A stretch of 32,000 nucleotides of DNA, taken from contig NZ_CP042905.2 of the NCBI RefSeq assembly GCF_008000775.2, positions 720,001 to 752,000 on the forward strand, given 5' to 3'. The position numbers and the translations under genes are program-made. How positions within the stretch are numbered: the stretch's first letter is position 1; each line of letters begins with the position of its first letter. The DNA comes from Promethearchaeum syntrophicum. GTDB lineage: Archaea > Asgardarchaeota > Lokiarchaeia > Sigyniarchaeales > Promethearchaeaceae. Shown in pieces: positions 24,444 to 32,000 of this stretch. A model generated the notes under the pieces. It did no database searches and had not been told where the DNA came from. It worked only from the letters and a program-made list of their open reading frames with translations.

Positions 24444-25901
24444 CTAAATGGCCATTCGATAAGATATATTCTTTCCAAATAATATCCTAAATGATTGATT
24501 TTGATGAATTTCAGGATGTCGATGAGCTATTGCATTTCGGTTATCTACATTAAGGTCGGAATATAATTCTTTAAATTTTCCGTCATTTAAAGTATCACAA
24601 AATTCAAAGATTTTGCTCTCTGGGATATGATGATGGGGAGATGATGGATTGAAAATTTCATATAAGGGTTGTAGCAATTTTTTATAGGTAAGATAATAAT
24701 TGGCCAAATAGATTGTGCGAAAAGCTGCGTTCATGATAAAATCTGGTTTTGGTTTTGATATTCCATTATAAGTTTGAAACATGATACAACTGTCAGTTAT
24801 TAAAGAATACAGATGTAATTTATCGCTCTCTCTTATTTGATTCCAATTATTATGGATTTTTTGAAAATCTATTGTAATTCCTTTTATTTTACTAAGATCT
24901 TGATAAATAGGGTGTTTCATCAGATTAGTTTTGGAATAGATATCTTGCATTTGGCTAAATTGATTCGTAAATTCAGATTTCATATTTCGAGTAAAATCAT
25001 CTTTATCATATTCTTGAAGATATAATAGGATAAGGCAATTCACCAATATGTTTATATTTCTACAAAGATCAATACATTCTTTTATAGATAATGTTTTAGG
25101 ATGCTCTTGATTTTCAATTTTTCTAAGGAATACAAATTCTTCCTTAATATAATCATAATAATACCATTGATGTGCCAATAACGTTCTAAAATAAGGTTTT
25201 ATAATCGTGTGTTGATATTTATTTATCAATTTCGTATCATCCTGAAAGAAAAAATGAATTTTCTTAGAATATGAATCAATTTTTTTTTTCAACAAATCAG
25301 GTATTAGAGGATCGATGAAATATTGAATTATTAATTCAAAATCATGTATATAGCTGTCAATTGCAATACTCCATTCAATCTTAATGAGATTATTATGCTT
25401 CTGGATTAAATTTAATGGATTATTCATCACACGTAGAAATGAATCACTTAGTGTTTTTTCCCAATAGGGGTATTTTTTTGAGATTTCTTTACGTTTTAGC
25501 ATAAATGGGCTTAATTTTTGTTGATTACTTAAAAATTGTTTAAATTTTGTTGCATAAAATGAACTTGATTCAAAATCAGGTAATTGGGACATAACATAAT
25601 TTGCAAATGGAAAATTAGGATTATTTAACACCATTTTTTTCATTTCTTTTTGCCTTTGGGGTATAATTTTATTTATTTGATAGTGCATATATATACGGGA
25701 AAAATTAGGAACAAATCCAAACTTTTGACTTTTTATTGGATCTGAAAAGATCTCAAATGAAAAACCTATTTGTGGATAAAATGTAAAGTAATTATGTTGG
25801 ACAATTTTATATAGGTTAGGGAGTGTATCTAGCAAAATTTTAGATAACATCTTAACTTGCTGGATCTCATTCGGAGTTAAGGGGATTTTCTTTTTTCCCA
25901 T
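24444..25901 (-). CDS. Hypothetical protein (485 aa) with a C-terminal HEPN-type R-x4-H motif (candidate RNase)
   Basis: ATG start. The C-terminus is ...FKELYSDLNVDNRNAIAHRHPEIHQNQSF.... The RNAIAH motif (24522-24539) is an RN...H motif ~25 residues from the end, the position of the last HEPN helix. The rest of the protein is not recognised. Confidence 0.6.
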   Translation of the reverse strand: MGKKKIPLTPNEIQQVKMLSKILLDTLPNLYKIVQHNYFTFYPQIGFSFEIFSDPIKSQKFGFVPNFSRIYMHYQINKIIPQRQKEMKKMVLNNPNFPFANYVMSQLPDFESSSFYATKFKQFLSNQQKLSPFMLKRKEISKKYPYWEKTLSDSFLRVMNNPLNLIQKHNNLIKIEWSIAIDSYIHDFELIIQYFIDPLIPDLLKKKIDSYSKKIHFFFQDDTKLINKYQHTIIKPYFRTLLAHQWYYYDYIKEEFVFLRKIENQEHPKTLSIKECIDLCRNINILVNCLILLYLQEYDKDDFTRNMKSEFTNQFSQMQDIYSKTNLMKHPIYQDLSKIKGITIDFQKIHNNWNQIRESDKLHLYSLITDSCIMFQTYNGISKPKPDFIMNAAFRTIYLANYYLTYKKLLQPLYEIFNPSSPHHHIPESKIFEFCDTLNDGKFKELYSDLNVDNRNAIAHRHPEIHQNQSFRILFGKNISYRMAI

Positions 25902-25984
25902 AATATTAATGATAAACTCTGCAATATATAATTTATGAAGGATAGAGAAATTACATCTTAATTATTTGGAGCTCTGGGATGTTT

Positions 25985-27850
25985 TCATGAAGAATTGTTT
26001 TCATTAAGTGTGTTTGAATCACCTTTATAGGTTATAGATCCATTTTCTTCCTGAATAATAGTCCATTCGGTGACATCATTAAGTGGAATATGGTGCCTCT
26101 TTTTAGGTGGAGGATTTTCTATTTCAAGCTTTTTTCTTTCAATAGCTCCCCTTTCAAGAGCTTCTTTGTTCTCTTTATCGATTCTGGCTATATTACAATC
26201 CCAACAAATTGAAGATTTCTCCTTATGATAATGAGATTTACAAAAAGAACATAATTTCTTATAATTGCTGAAATATCCAAAGCATCTCTTGCATAGAAAC
26301 AACGGATATGTTAAAATAGCGGACATTTTAAAATCTCTTCTTAGATAGAACTGTGGTTCTTTGATGATATTATGATGTGATCCACACCATTTGCACTCGG
26401 ATTGATTTGGATTTAATGGAAGACAATTCGAATTGAATAAATCACAATGGATGAATTTTGGTTTTGGAAATGGGCTTTGAAAATTTACCTTATCAATAAT
26501 CTGAAATAATCTATCATCTGGAATAATTATTATAGAGGAAGAAGTTTTTTTTTGGGTTATTGGTGAGAAGTAGTATTTCTTAAAATAAAATCCTCCATCT
26601 TCTTTCAATTCGAAAATGGGATGGTTTATTTTAAATTTTCCTTGCTTTAAGTGAAACTGGGAGATATTACAATTTAAATTTTTATTAAAATGGGTGCAAT
26701 CTCGACATGACAGTAATTGAAAATCGGTTCTTGTCTGTGTTCTAATCATTGATTTAATCATTTTTAATTGATTATCAACCAAACTTTCTATTAAGATATA
26801 ATTATTCAACTCTATTTTGTGTCTATGTTTATACACCCAAATATGGGCGTAAAGTTTAGGGTGATTGTAATGAAAAAAATGACCAAAATCACGATAGTGT
26901 ATAAGTTTAAGATAGTGAATACTCTCCCAAATCACTATTGGAGTTATATTTGCATGCATATATTCTTCAAGATCTGGTTTTTCAAAGTAGGTGTAAATAA
27001 TAATAAAAGCATATTTTTTGTTATTTTTGGACTTCCACAATAAATCGGGTATTGATTGGGTAAAGATAAGGGGGTATTCTTCAATATCAACCACAGAGAA
27101 CTTTTCTGATTGCTGAGTAGATAATAGAAGATTATTAAGAAATTGAAAAATGGGTGTTTTTTTTAATGGGAATAAGATCTGTTCTTGGGCTGTTTTTTTG
27201 GGATTGATAATATGTTCGTATAACTGCTCCTTAGAAGTCAATTCTAGATCTCTGCGACCTCTGGGGATCGAAATACTTTCCATAAGCTTTGGTTTAGGAT
27301 TCAATTTCAGATAATACACCTGATGAATGCATGGGGGGATCCACACAGCAAATTCATCTAATTTAGTTGAATTTTTGATAAAACTTTTACTAAATTCTCC
27401 GCTTCGATCTTCATAGTGAAATATCCATAACGGAATTAGATGATAATTTTTATAACACTGATTTCTTCTCTGAATCTCTTTATTAGGTATTCTAGAATGT
27501 TGTACTTCAATTGCATATTTTATCCCTGAATATTCCCAAAGTAAATCTGGTCGTACACCTTCAAATCCATATACCTCTATATTTTTTTCTGGAATTTGAA
27601 GTAATTCTTGTATATACTTCTTCATAGCCAGATGTTCTTGAGTTTCCCTTTCATATTTTTCCATACATTCAGGATTTTGGACTTTGTGTGCGAAATGAGG
27701 GATCTTTTTTTCACCTTTTCGTAATATCATTTCGCGATGTTTACAATCCGGATTTCGACATAAATATTTTTGAGTGAGTCCTAATTTGCTTGCATGGGGT
27801 AGGCTTTTAGAGGCTTCCACGATTTTCCCATTTAGTTCAGCAGTAAGCAA
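25985..27850 (-). CDS. CoiA-like PD-(D/E)xK nuclease-domain protein with a degenerate second core and a C-terminal Zn-ribbon array (621 aa)
   Basis: The N-terminal 145 aa align motif by motif with competence protein CoiA: LCRNPDC...LRKGEKKIPHFAHK....C, ETQEHLAMKKYI, VRPDLL and YAIEVQHSRI....RR..Y....IPLWIF. Residues 382-552 contain CRDC, CKWC, CKRC, CSFC and CWDC. The TTG start gives MLTAELNGKIV, like CoiA N-termini. Confidence 0.75.
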   Translation of the reverse strand: MLTAELNGKIVEASKSLPHASKLGLTQKYLCRNPDCKHREMILRKGEKKIPHFAHKVQNPECMEKYERETQEHLAMKKYIQELLQIPEKNIEVYGFEGVRPDLLWEYSGIKYAIEVQHSRIPNKEIQRRNQCYKNYHLIPLWIFHYEDRSGEFSKSFIKNSTKLDEFAVWIPPCIHQVYYLKLNPKPKLMESISIPRGRRDLELTSKEQLYEHIINPKKTAQEQILFPLKKTPIFQFLNNLLLSTQQSEKFSVVDIEEYPLIFTQSIPDLLWKSKNNKKYAFIIIYTYFEKPDLEEYMHANITPIVIWESIHYLKLIHYRDFGHFFHYNHPKLYAHIWVYKHRHKIELNNYILIESLVDNQLKMIKSMIRTQTRTDFQLLSCRDCTHFNKNLNCNISQFHLKQGKFKINHPIFELKEDGGFYFKKYYFSPITQKKTSSSIIIIPDDRLFQIIDKVNFQSPFPKPKFIHCDLFNSNCLPLNPNQSECKWCGSHHNIIKEPQFYLRRDFKMSAILTYPLFLCKRCFGYFSNYKKLCSFCKSHYHKEKSSICWDCNIARIDKENKEALERGAIERKKLEIENPPPKKRHHIPLNDVTEWTIIQEENGSITYKGDSNTLNENNSS

Positions 27851-27966
27851 TTTTTTTCCTTCCTTTATCTAATTCATTTTCTTCTTTTTCTTCGCCATAA
27901 ATCAATCATCTTCAATTAATTTAAAATTACTGTCAATTCTAATCCAAAATTATACCTTGTTAAAAC

Positions 27967-28245
27967 TTATATTTTCATCCTCCGCTGAATTCGATACAGA
28001 TCCGTTTCCAGCTTCTCCAGAATTTTTTGCTGTTCGATCAATGCAAACAAAAAAAGGGATTCCGAAATAAACATTCGAGCAGATAGTGATCCAGCATCGC
28101 TGTGCATTCGTGCATAAAGCATAATATTATCAAAATATTGCCGATATGCTGGTTTTAATCCTTCTCGATACAGTTTCCAACTCCCAATCTCTTTTTCCAG
28201 CGCGTATCGGTAGGAGGGTATTGTTCTTCCTATAGTTTCTTTCTT
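27967..28245 (-). pseudogene. Start-less gene remnant (92 codons open; only 51 from the first ATG), visibly GC-richer than its surroundings
   Basis: Hand translation gives KKETIGRTIPSYRYALEKEIGSWKLYREGLKPAYRQYFDNIMLYARMHSDAGSLSARMFISESLFLFALIEQQKILEKLETDLYRIQRRMKI*. The sequence is protein-like and non-low-complexity. There is no ATG/GTG/TTG before codon 42 (ATG 28122). Confidence 0.4.
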
Positions 28246-28448
28246 TCAAGATTTGTTTTTGAATCATGAATGGTAGTGAATTTATTTGAAGCTTCAAATA
28301 GTGACTTCTCCCACAAAAAAATATACTTTGTCTTTACACGAAAATTTGAATATGTAAACTATAAAAGTGTGGAAATTCATAATGATTATTGACTTACTTT
28401 ATCAAAACGTGAAAAAAATATGACAAAAAAAAATGGAGGCATGAATCA

Positions 28449-29534
28449 GTGAAACTCATAAAAAAAATATTATTATTTTTATCGATAGTAGGTTCAGTTA
28501 TATTGATTGCTGGAGCAAGTGGTCTTCTTAACCGTAATTTCAACATTATCGGGCAGCTCAGTGATGATTTATTTGGGAATGATGTCTACATTTCGGAGTC
28601 ATATGCTTACGTGGCAGACTATGGTAATGGATTGGCAATAATTGATATTTCCGTTCCCACAACTCCCTTAAAAGTAGCACAAATAGATGATGATATTGGA
28701 TACGCATATGGAATTTATGTCTTGGGTTCCTATGCTTATGTAGCAGATGGTGATGATGGCTTAGAGATTATTGACATTTCAGACCCATTCAATCCAATAG
28801 AAGTGGGACATTTCTATGATGGTAGTGGATTCGCATGGGATGTTTACGTGAGGGGTGATTATGCATATATAGCAGAGTGGATTGATGGATTGGAGATAAT
28901 TGACATTTCAGATCCAGTCAATCCAGTAGAAGTGGGGCAAATCGATGATTACAGTGAAGGTGCATTCGGAGTTTATGTTTCAGGATCGTATGCTTTTCTA
29001 GCAGAGAACGATTATGGTTTAGAGATAATTGACATTTCAGATCCAGTCAATCCAGTTGAAGTGGGGCATTTCTATGATGGTAGTGGATATGCATACGACG
29101 TTTTTGTTTCAGGTTCATATGCTTATGTAGCAGATGCGACTAATGGTTTAGAGATAATTGACATTTCAGATCCAGTCAATCCAGTTGAAGTGGGGCACTT
29201 CTATGATGGTAGTGGAACAGCACGAGGAGTTTTTGTTTCAGGTTCATATGCTTATTTGGCGGATGATGAAGATGGGTTGGAGATTATTGACGTTTCCATT
29301 CCAACTGCTCCCGTAGAAGTGAAACAATTCCAAGATGATAACTTTGCAAAGGATGTTTTTGTTTCAGGTTCATATGCTTACGTGGCGAATGGTCGCTATG
29401 GATTGGAAATCATCGAGCCTTGGAGTTTAAAAGAAAAAAATTCAAATATTATACTTTGGAGTGTTATTGGCTTTTTATCCATTCTGGTTCTGGTAAATAT
29501 TCGATATATTATCAAAGAAATCATTTCACACTGA
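28449..29534 (+). CDS. LVIVD-repeat seven-bladed beta-propeller surface protein with an N-terminal signal/anchor and a C-terminal TM helix
   Basis: 361-aa ORF. The GTG start is 9 nt after GGAGG. The N-terminus is MKLIKKILLFLSIVGSVILIAGASG. There are seven copies of the ~43-aa unit ..G.A.(D/G)V(Y/F)VSGSYAYVAD...GLEIIDISDP.NP.EVG. The C-terminal helix is ILWSVIGFLSILVLV. Confidence 0.9.
   Translation: MKLIKKILLFLSIVGSVILIAGASGLLNRNFNIIGQLSDDLFGNDVYISESYAYVADYGNGLAIIDISVPTTPLKVAQIDDDIGYAYGIYVLGSYAYVADGDDGLEIIDISDPFNPIEVGHFYDGSGFAWDVYVRGDYAYIAEWIDGLEIIDISDPVNPVEVGQIDDYSEGAFGVYVSGSYAFLAENDYGLEIIDISDPVNPVEVGHFYDGSGYAYDVFVSGSYAYVADATNGLEIIDISDPVNPVEVGHFYDGSGTARGVFVSGSYAYLADDEDGLEIIDVSIPTAPVEVKQFQDDNFAKDVFVSGSYAYVANGRYGLEIIEPWSLKEKNSNIILWSVIGFLSILVLVNIRYIIKEIISH
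28887..29216 (+). repeat. Near-identical 129-nt in-frame repeats inside the LVIVD gene
   Basis: GG(A/T)TT(G/A)GAGATAATTGACATTTCAGATCCAGTCAATCCAGT.GAAGTGGGGCA recurs at 28887, 29016 and 29145. The last two copies match over ~72 nt with 1 mismatch. Confidence 0.85.
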
Positions 29535-29684
29535 GCTGATACAAATATAACTCTTTCTAATCCTTTTTTCATAATTATGATTTTAAATATCTAGATTGTT
29601 ACTCTCTTGTAGATTCTAATGAATATTCAAAAATTTAGATCCGAAATGAAAACATGGTATTAATTCTAGAGGTCGGCAGCCATC

Positions 29685-30329
29685 ATGCAAGTAAACAATA
29701 AAATCTATTATCATATCCAACGAAAAGATCCGAATCAGCCGTATTGGAACATTGGTGAGGTGTTAACGGGTCCTGCTGGACCTAAGAATTATTTTATTGA
29801 GAGTGTGTTAAATCAAGAATATTCCCGATATGCCGGAGAAGGCTTATATTGGGATTCTGATATACTCAGTCATTATGCTGCGGTCCAAATGGGGTTTGAA
29901 ACTAAATTCTCAAAAATGGATAATTCATATTTTAATCCTGAAGGCATACTTCGAATGAGTTATACGATGATCAATCATTATCTTCGAGTTTTACGAGAAT
30001 TAATCTTTGAAACCGTTCGAGAGAAAAGTTTTCCTCATCTCATCTCAAGATGGGGATGTATTTGGCTAATTCCGTCGAAAAAAGGTATCGGATTCTGGAT
30101 TAAAAAACTTGGAATTGCAGATTTAAGTCAATGTAGGATATATAAAGTAAAATGCACGGGAGAAATACATCGAGGACATGAGAAGCATTTACAGGTAGAA
30201 TCCATGTCAGTTCCGAATTTTGAAGAAAATGCGATAAAATATTGGACTGGCGGGGGAAAAGACTCATCATATAATGATGAGGTAATTTTCTGGGGAAACG
30301 TAGAATTCATTGAAATTATCGATTATTAG
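29685..30329 (+). CDS. Hypothetical protein (214 aa), no confidently recognised domain
   Basis: ATG start and a complex, Trp/Tyr-rich sequence (…LRELIFETVREKSFPHLISRWGCIWLIPS…). Only a short antisense shadow ORF overlaps it. Confidence 0.6.
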   Translation: MQVNNKIYYHIQRKDPNQPYWNIGEVLTGPAGPKNYFIESVLNQEYSRYAGEGLYWDSDILSHYAAVQMGFETKFSKMDNSYFNPEGILRMSYTMINHYLRVLRELIFETVREKSFPHLISRWGCIWLIPSKKGIGFWIKKLGIADLSQCRIYKVKCTGEIHRGHEKHLQVESMSVPNFEENAIKYWTGGGKDSSYNDEVIFWGNVEFIEIIDY

Positions 30330-30516
30330 AATTCATTCATCAGTTGGAATATTCTTATAGGAAACATTTGTTTTGTTAATTTCCACAAAATGCTAAATAA
30401 AAATGGAAAAAAGAATTGCTTAGATTGATTTTTTTTAGAAATTAGATTGTTGAATTATTATTAAATAAATAAGGAATTATCTTAAATTTATATATGGAGA
30501 ATGTCTAGAAATTCTT

Positions 30517-31209
30517 GTGGTATTTGATCAAACGAAAGATTTCTTTCAAAGATATTATCTTCAATATTGGATAACCAAAGCAGAAAGCTTATATTATCAA
30601 TTGAACAATATAAAAAAATTTTCAACTTTCTTCGATGAAAATGAATATTTCAAAGAAGCTGAATCACCCGAAAAACCATTACAAAATATGATTACTTTCG
30701 ATTTACATTTCCTAAAATTTCAAATAATAGAGGCACTCTTTAGCTTGATTTTTGCTTTAGAAACCTCAAATGAAGAAGAAATATGGTTTAATTTATCTAT
30801 TCCTAATGAGATTTCAAAAAGAAATTTCAAACTGTATGATCGAATTGCTTCTTTTAAATCTAAAGGAGAATTATTCACATATTTAAGAAAAGAAAATTGT
30901 ATTCAGGATCAACAAATAGAATTTTGGAAGGTGTTATTCTTTCAAAATGAAAATGAAATTCAAGAAGAAAAAAAGGTATTCGAGAATATTTTACGAATTT
31001 TATGGTCTTTTAGGAACCAATTTAAAGACAGAGGTGATTACAACGCATTCAAACATGGTTTAAGGTGTATGGGATCTTCTATATACTTATCTTGGGCAAA
31101 GGAAGAACAATATGGAATTCCACCTCCAAACTTTAAAGAAAAGTTACAACCTTTGGGATATGCTGAAAACGTGATAACATTTTTTAAAAGGAACTCACAG
31201 ATTATATAA
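30517..31209 (+). CDS. Hypothetical helical protein (230 aa), no recognised domain
   Basis: GTG start and helical-looking composition. The ORF ends 22-30 nt after a T6A4 homopolymer pair, where the +1 frame opens and continues to the window end. Confidence 0.55.
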   Translation: MVFDQTKDFFQRYYLQYWITKAESLYYQLNNIKKFSTFFDENEYFKEAESPEKPLQNMITFDLHFLKFQIIEALFSLIFALETSNEEEIWFNLSIPNEISKRNFKLYDRIASFKSKGELFTYLRKENCIQDQQIEFWKVLFFQNENEIQEEKKVFENILRILWSFRNQFKDRGDYNAFKHGLRCMGSSIYLSWAKEEQYGIPPPNFKEKLQPLGYAENVITFFKRNSQII

Positions 31210-31267
31210 TGATCTGGGTATTAAAATACCTCAGACAAAAGATGTGCTTGGAAACACGGTATATTTA

Positions 31268-32000
31268 ATGAAAGATGACGAAATCGAATTAAAAATGACT
31301 GCACATGTTGGAATTCTGCGGTTATTAATACCCCAGAAATTTAGTACATTACCTTGGTCTCAAGAATTATATGCTGGAGAAATGGGTTTTAGTACACAAT
31401 GGATGATGAAATTCGGATTCGCTCTTCCTAAGCAATCTCCCACAATACATGAACAAGTGATTTCGAGTAAAATTAATCATGAAATAAAGGTTAGATGGGC
31501 AGAAGATACGATGGTTGGTACTATCCAGACCGTAACAATGGCTCAGAGAATGTTCAAAGGATTTGCCGGAAGTGAGACATTTATAGATATTCTAGAAAAT
31601 TTCTTTAAGAAATCTCAGATCGGTAAGATGGAACAATTCCTTACTCGTCATTCCAGATTCGATAAGGTTTTGAAAACATTAGAAGTATTAAAAAAAGCAA
31701 GTGATTTATTTGAGGGTGATTTTATCGAAGATATAGTGAAAGAGATGTTCTATATTTCTCATTTGCGTAAATATAAATTTCAAAACAAAAATGCTGAAAT
31801 TTGGTTTAAAGATAACTGGAGACTTTTAGTAACCGATGAAAGCATCCGAAATAGTTTTATTTCTTTGGTTTATAATTCATTAGAAATATGGGAGAAAGAA
31901 AACCATAACACAATATATGGATTTTTCAGACAAGGGGGCGGTAGGAGGAGTCTCACCAAGAATTCGTTTATATATACATTTTCTACCAATATGAGGAAAA
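31268..32000 (+). CDS. Hypothetical protein, 5' part (runs off the right edge); may be the continuation of 30517..31209 after a frameshift
   Basis: Not in the ORF track because there is no stop. The frame is open from 31178 to 32000; the first ATG is at 31268 (MKDDEIELKMTAHVGILRLLIPQKF...) and a GTG is at 31244. There are 244 or more codons without a stop in ~70% A+T DNA. Confidence 0.6.
   Translation, partial: MKDDEIELKMTAHVGILRLLIPQKFSTLPWSQELYAGEMGFSTQWMMKFGFALPKQSPTIHEQVISSKINHEIKVRWAEDTMVGTIQTVTMAQRMFKGFAGSETFIDILENFFKKSQIGKMEQFLTRHSRFDKVLKTLEVLKKASDLFEGDFIEDIVKEMFYISHLRKYKFQNKNAEIWFKDNWRLLVTDESIRNSFISLVYNSLEIWEKENHNTIYGFFRQGGGRRSLTKNSFIYTFSTNMRK

Noticed and set aside
24447-24486. Programmed -1 ribosomal frameshift between the HEPN-motif gene and the small ORF
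   Set aside because: The overlap contains no X XXY YYZ slippery heptamer in the upstream frame (tca ttt agg ata tta ttt gga aag aat ata tct tat cga atg gcc att), and I could see no obvious downstream hairpin. It is kept only as an open-frame observation.
24837-25025. 62-aa plus-strand ORF
   Set aside because: It is antisense to the 485-aa gene and looks like a shadow frame.
26819-27043. 74-aa plus-strand ORF
   Set aside because: It is antisense to the CoiA-like gene and looks like a shadow frame.
23893-28448. Search for direct repeats (att sites), integrase, transposase or tRNA flanking the putative inserted cassette
   Set aside because: Only a weak ATAAATC..ATC similarity was found between 23941-23953 and ~27898-27912, which is indistinguishable from chance in AT-rich DNA. 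No integrase, transposase or tRNA is present, so mobility is inferred only from the truncated neighbour and the GC-richer remnant.
30128-30310. 60-aa minus-strand ORF
   Set aside because: It is antisense to the 214-aa ORF and has no support.
31012-31056. RNQFKDRGDYNAFKHG in the 230-aa ORFan considered as a second HEPN R-x4-6-H motif
   Set aside because: The spacing does not fit. R166 has no His within 4-6 residues, and R172 to H180 is x7. I cannot call HEPN from this.
1-32000. rRNA, tRNA, CRISPR arrays and other structured RNA genes
   Set aside because: No GC-rich islands of tRNA or rRNA size stand out from the AT-rich background in any intergenic region. No repeat-spacer architecture was seen.

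Overview
This is a low-GC (about 30% G+C by eye, not computed), tightly packed 32-kb chromosomal segment. The gene content (Rab-like small GTPase, Fcf1-type PIN, DUF354, AglH-like GT4 transferase, COG2231-type EndoIII-like glycosylase, mevalonate genes) fits a low-GC archaeon, most plausibly an Asgard/Loki-type lineage; that placement is inference only. From left to right the window holds five blocks. (i) A minus-strand mevalonate operon: HMG-CoA synthase with a DUF35-like C-terminal extension, an MVD-family GHMP enzyme, and a class-II-like HMG-CoA reductase cut by the window edge. (ii) A ~14-kb glycan-modification locus (3.4-17.2 kb). It combines a DegT aminotransferase, LbH acyltransferase, MaoC dehydratase, DUF354, Sfp-type PPTase and alpha/beta hydrolase with a co-linear operon of GT4, ACP, adenylating ligase, Fe-ADH, LuxE-like and LuxC-like genes. 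This is the same enzyme set as the Vibrio cholerae O1 rfbKLMNO N-acyl-perosamine (tetronate) cassette, here with its own PPTase. (iii) Housekeeping genes: an alpha/beta hydrolase, an EndoIII-like glycosylase and an FAH-family enzyme. (iv) A Rab-like GTPase with a 9x Pro-rich decapeptide tail, followed by a PIN gene. (v) A variable region (21.7-32 kb). It contains a 723-aa TSP3-type Ca-binding repeat protein that looks 5'-truncated and a three-gene minus-strand cassette: a CoiA-like PD-(D/E)xK nuclease with a Zn-ribbon array, a 485-aa protein ending in an RNxxxH HEPN-type motif, and a small ORF. I consider this cassette the best candidate for an undescribed defence/conflict system. The region also holds a GC-richer gene remnant, a 7-bladed LVIVD propeller surface protein, and three ORFans with a possible frameshift junction. 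I found no rRNA, tRNA, CRISPR array, or recognisable transposase or integrase.
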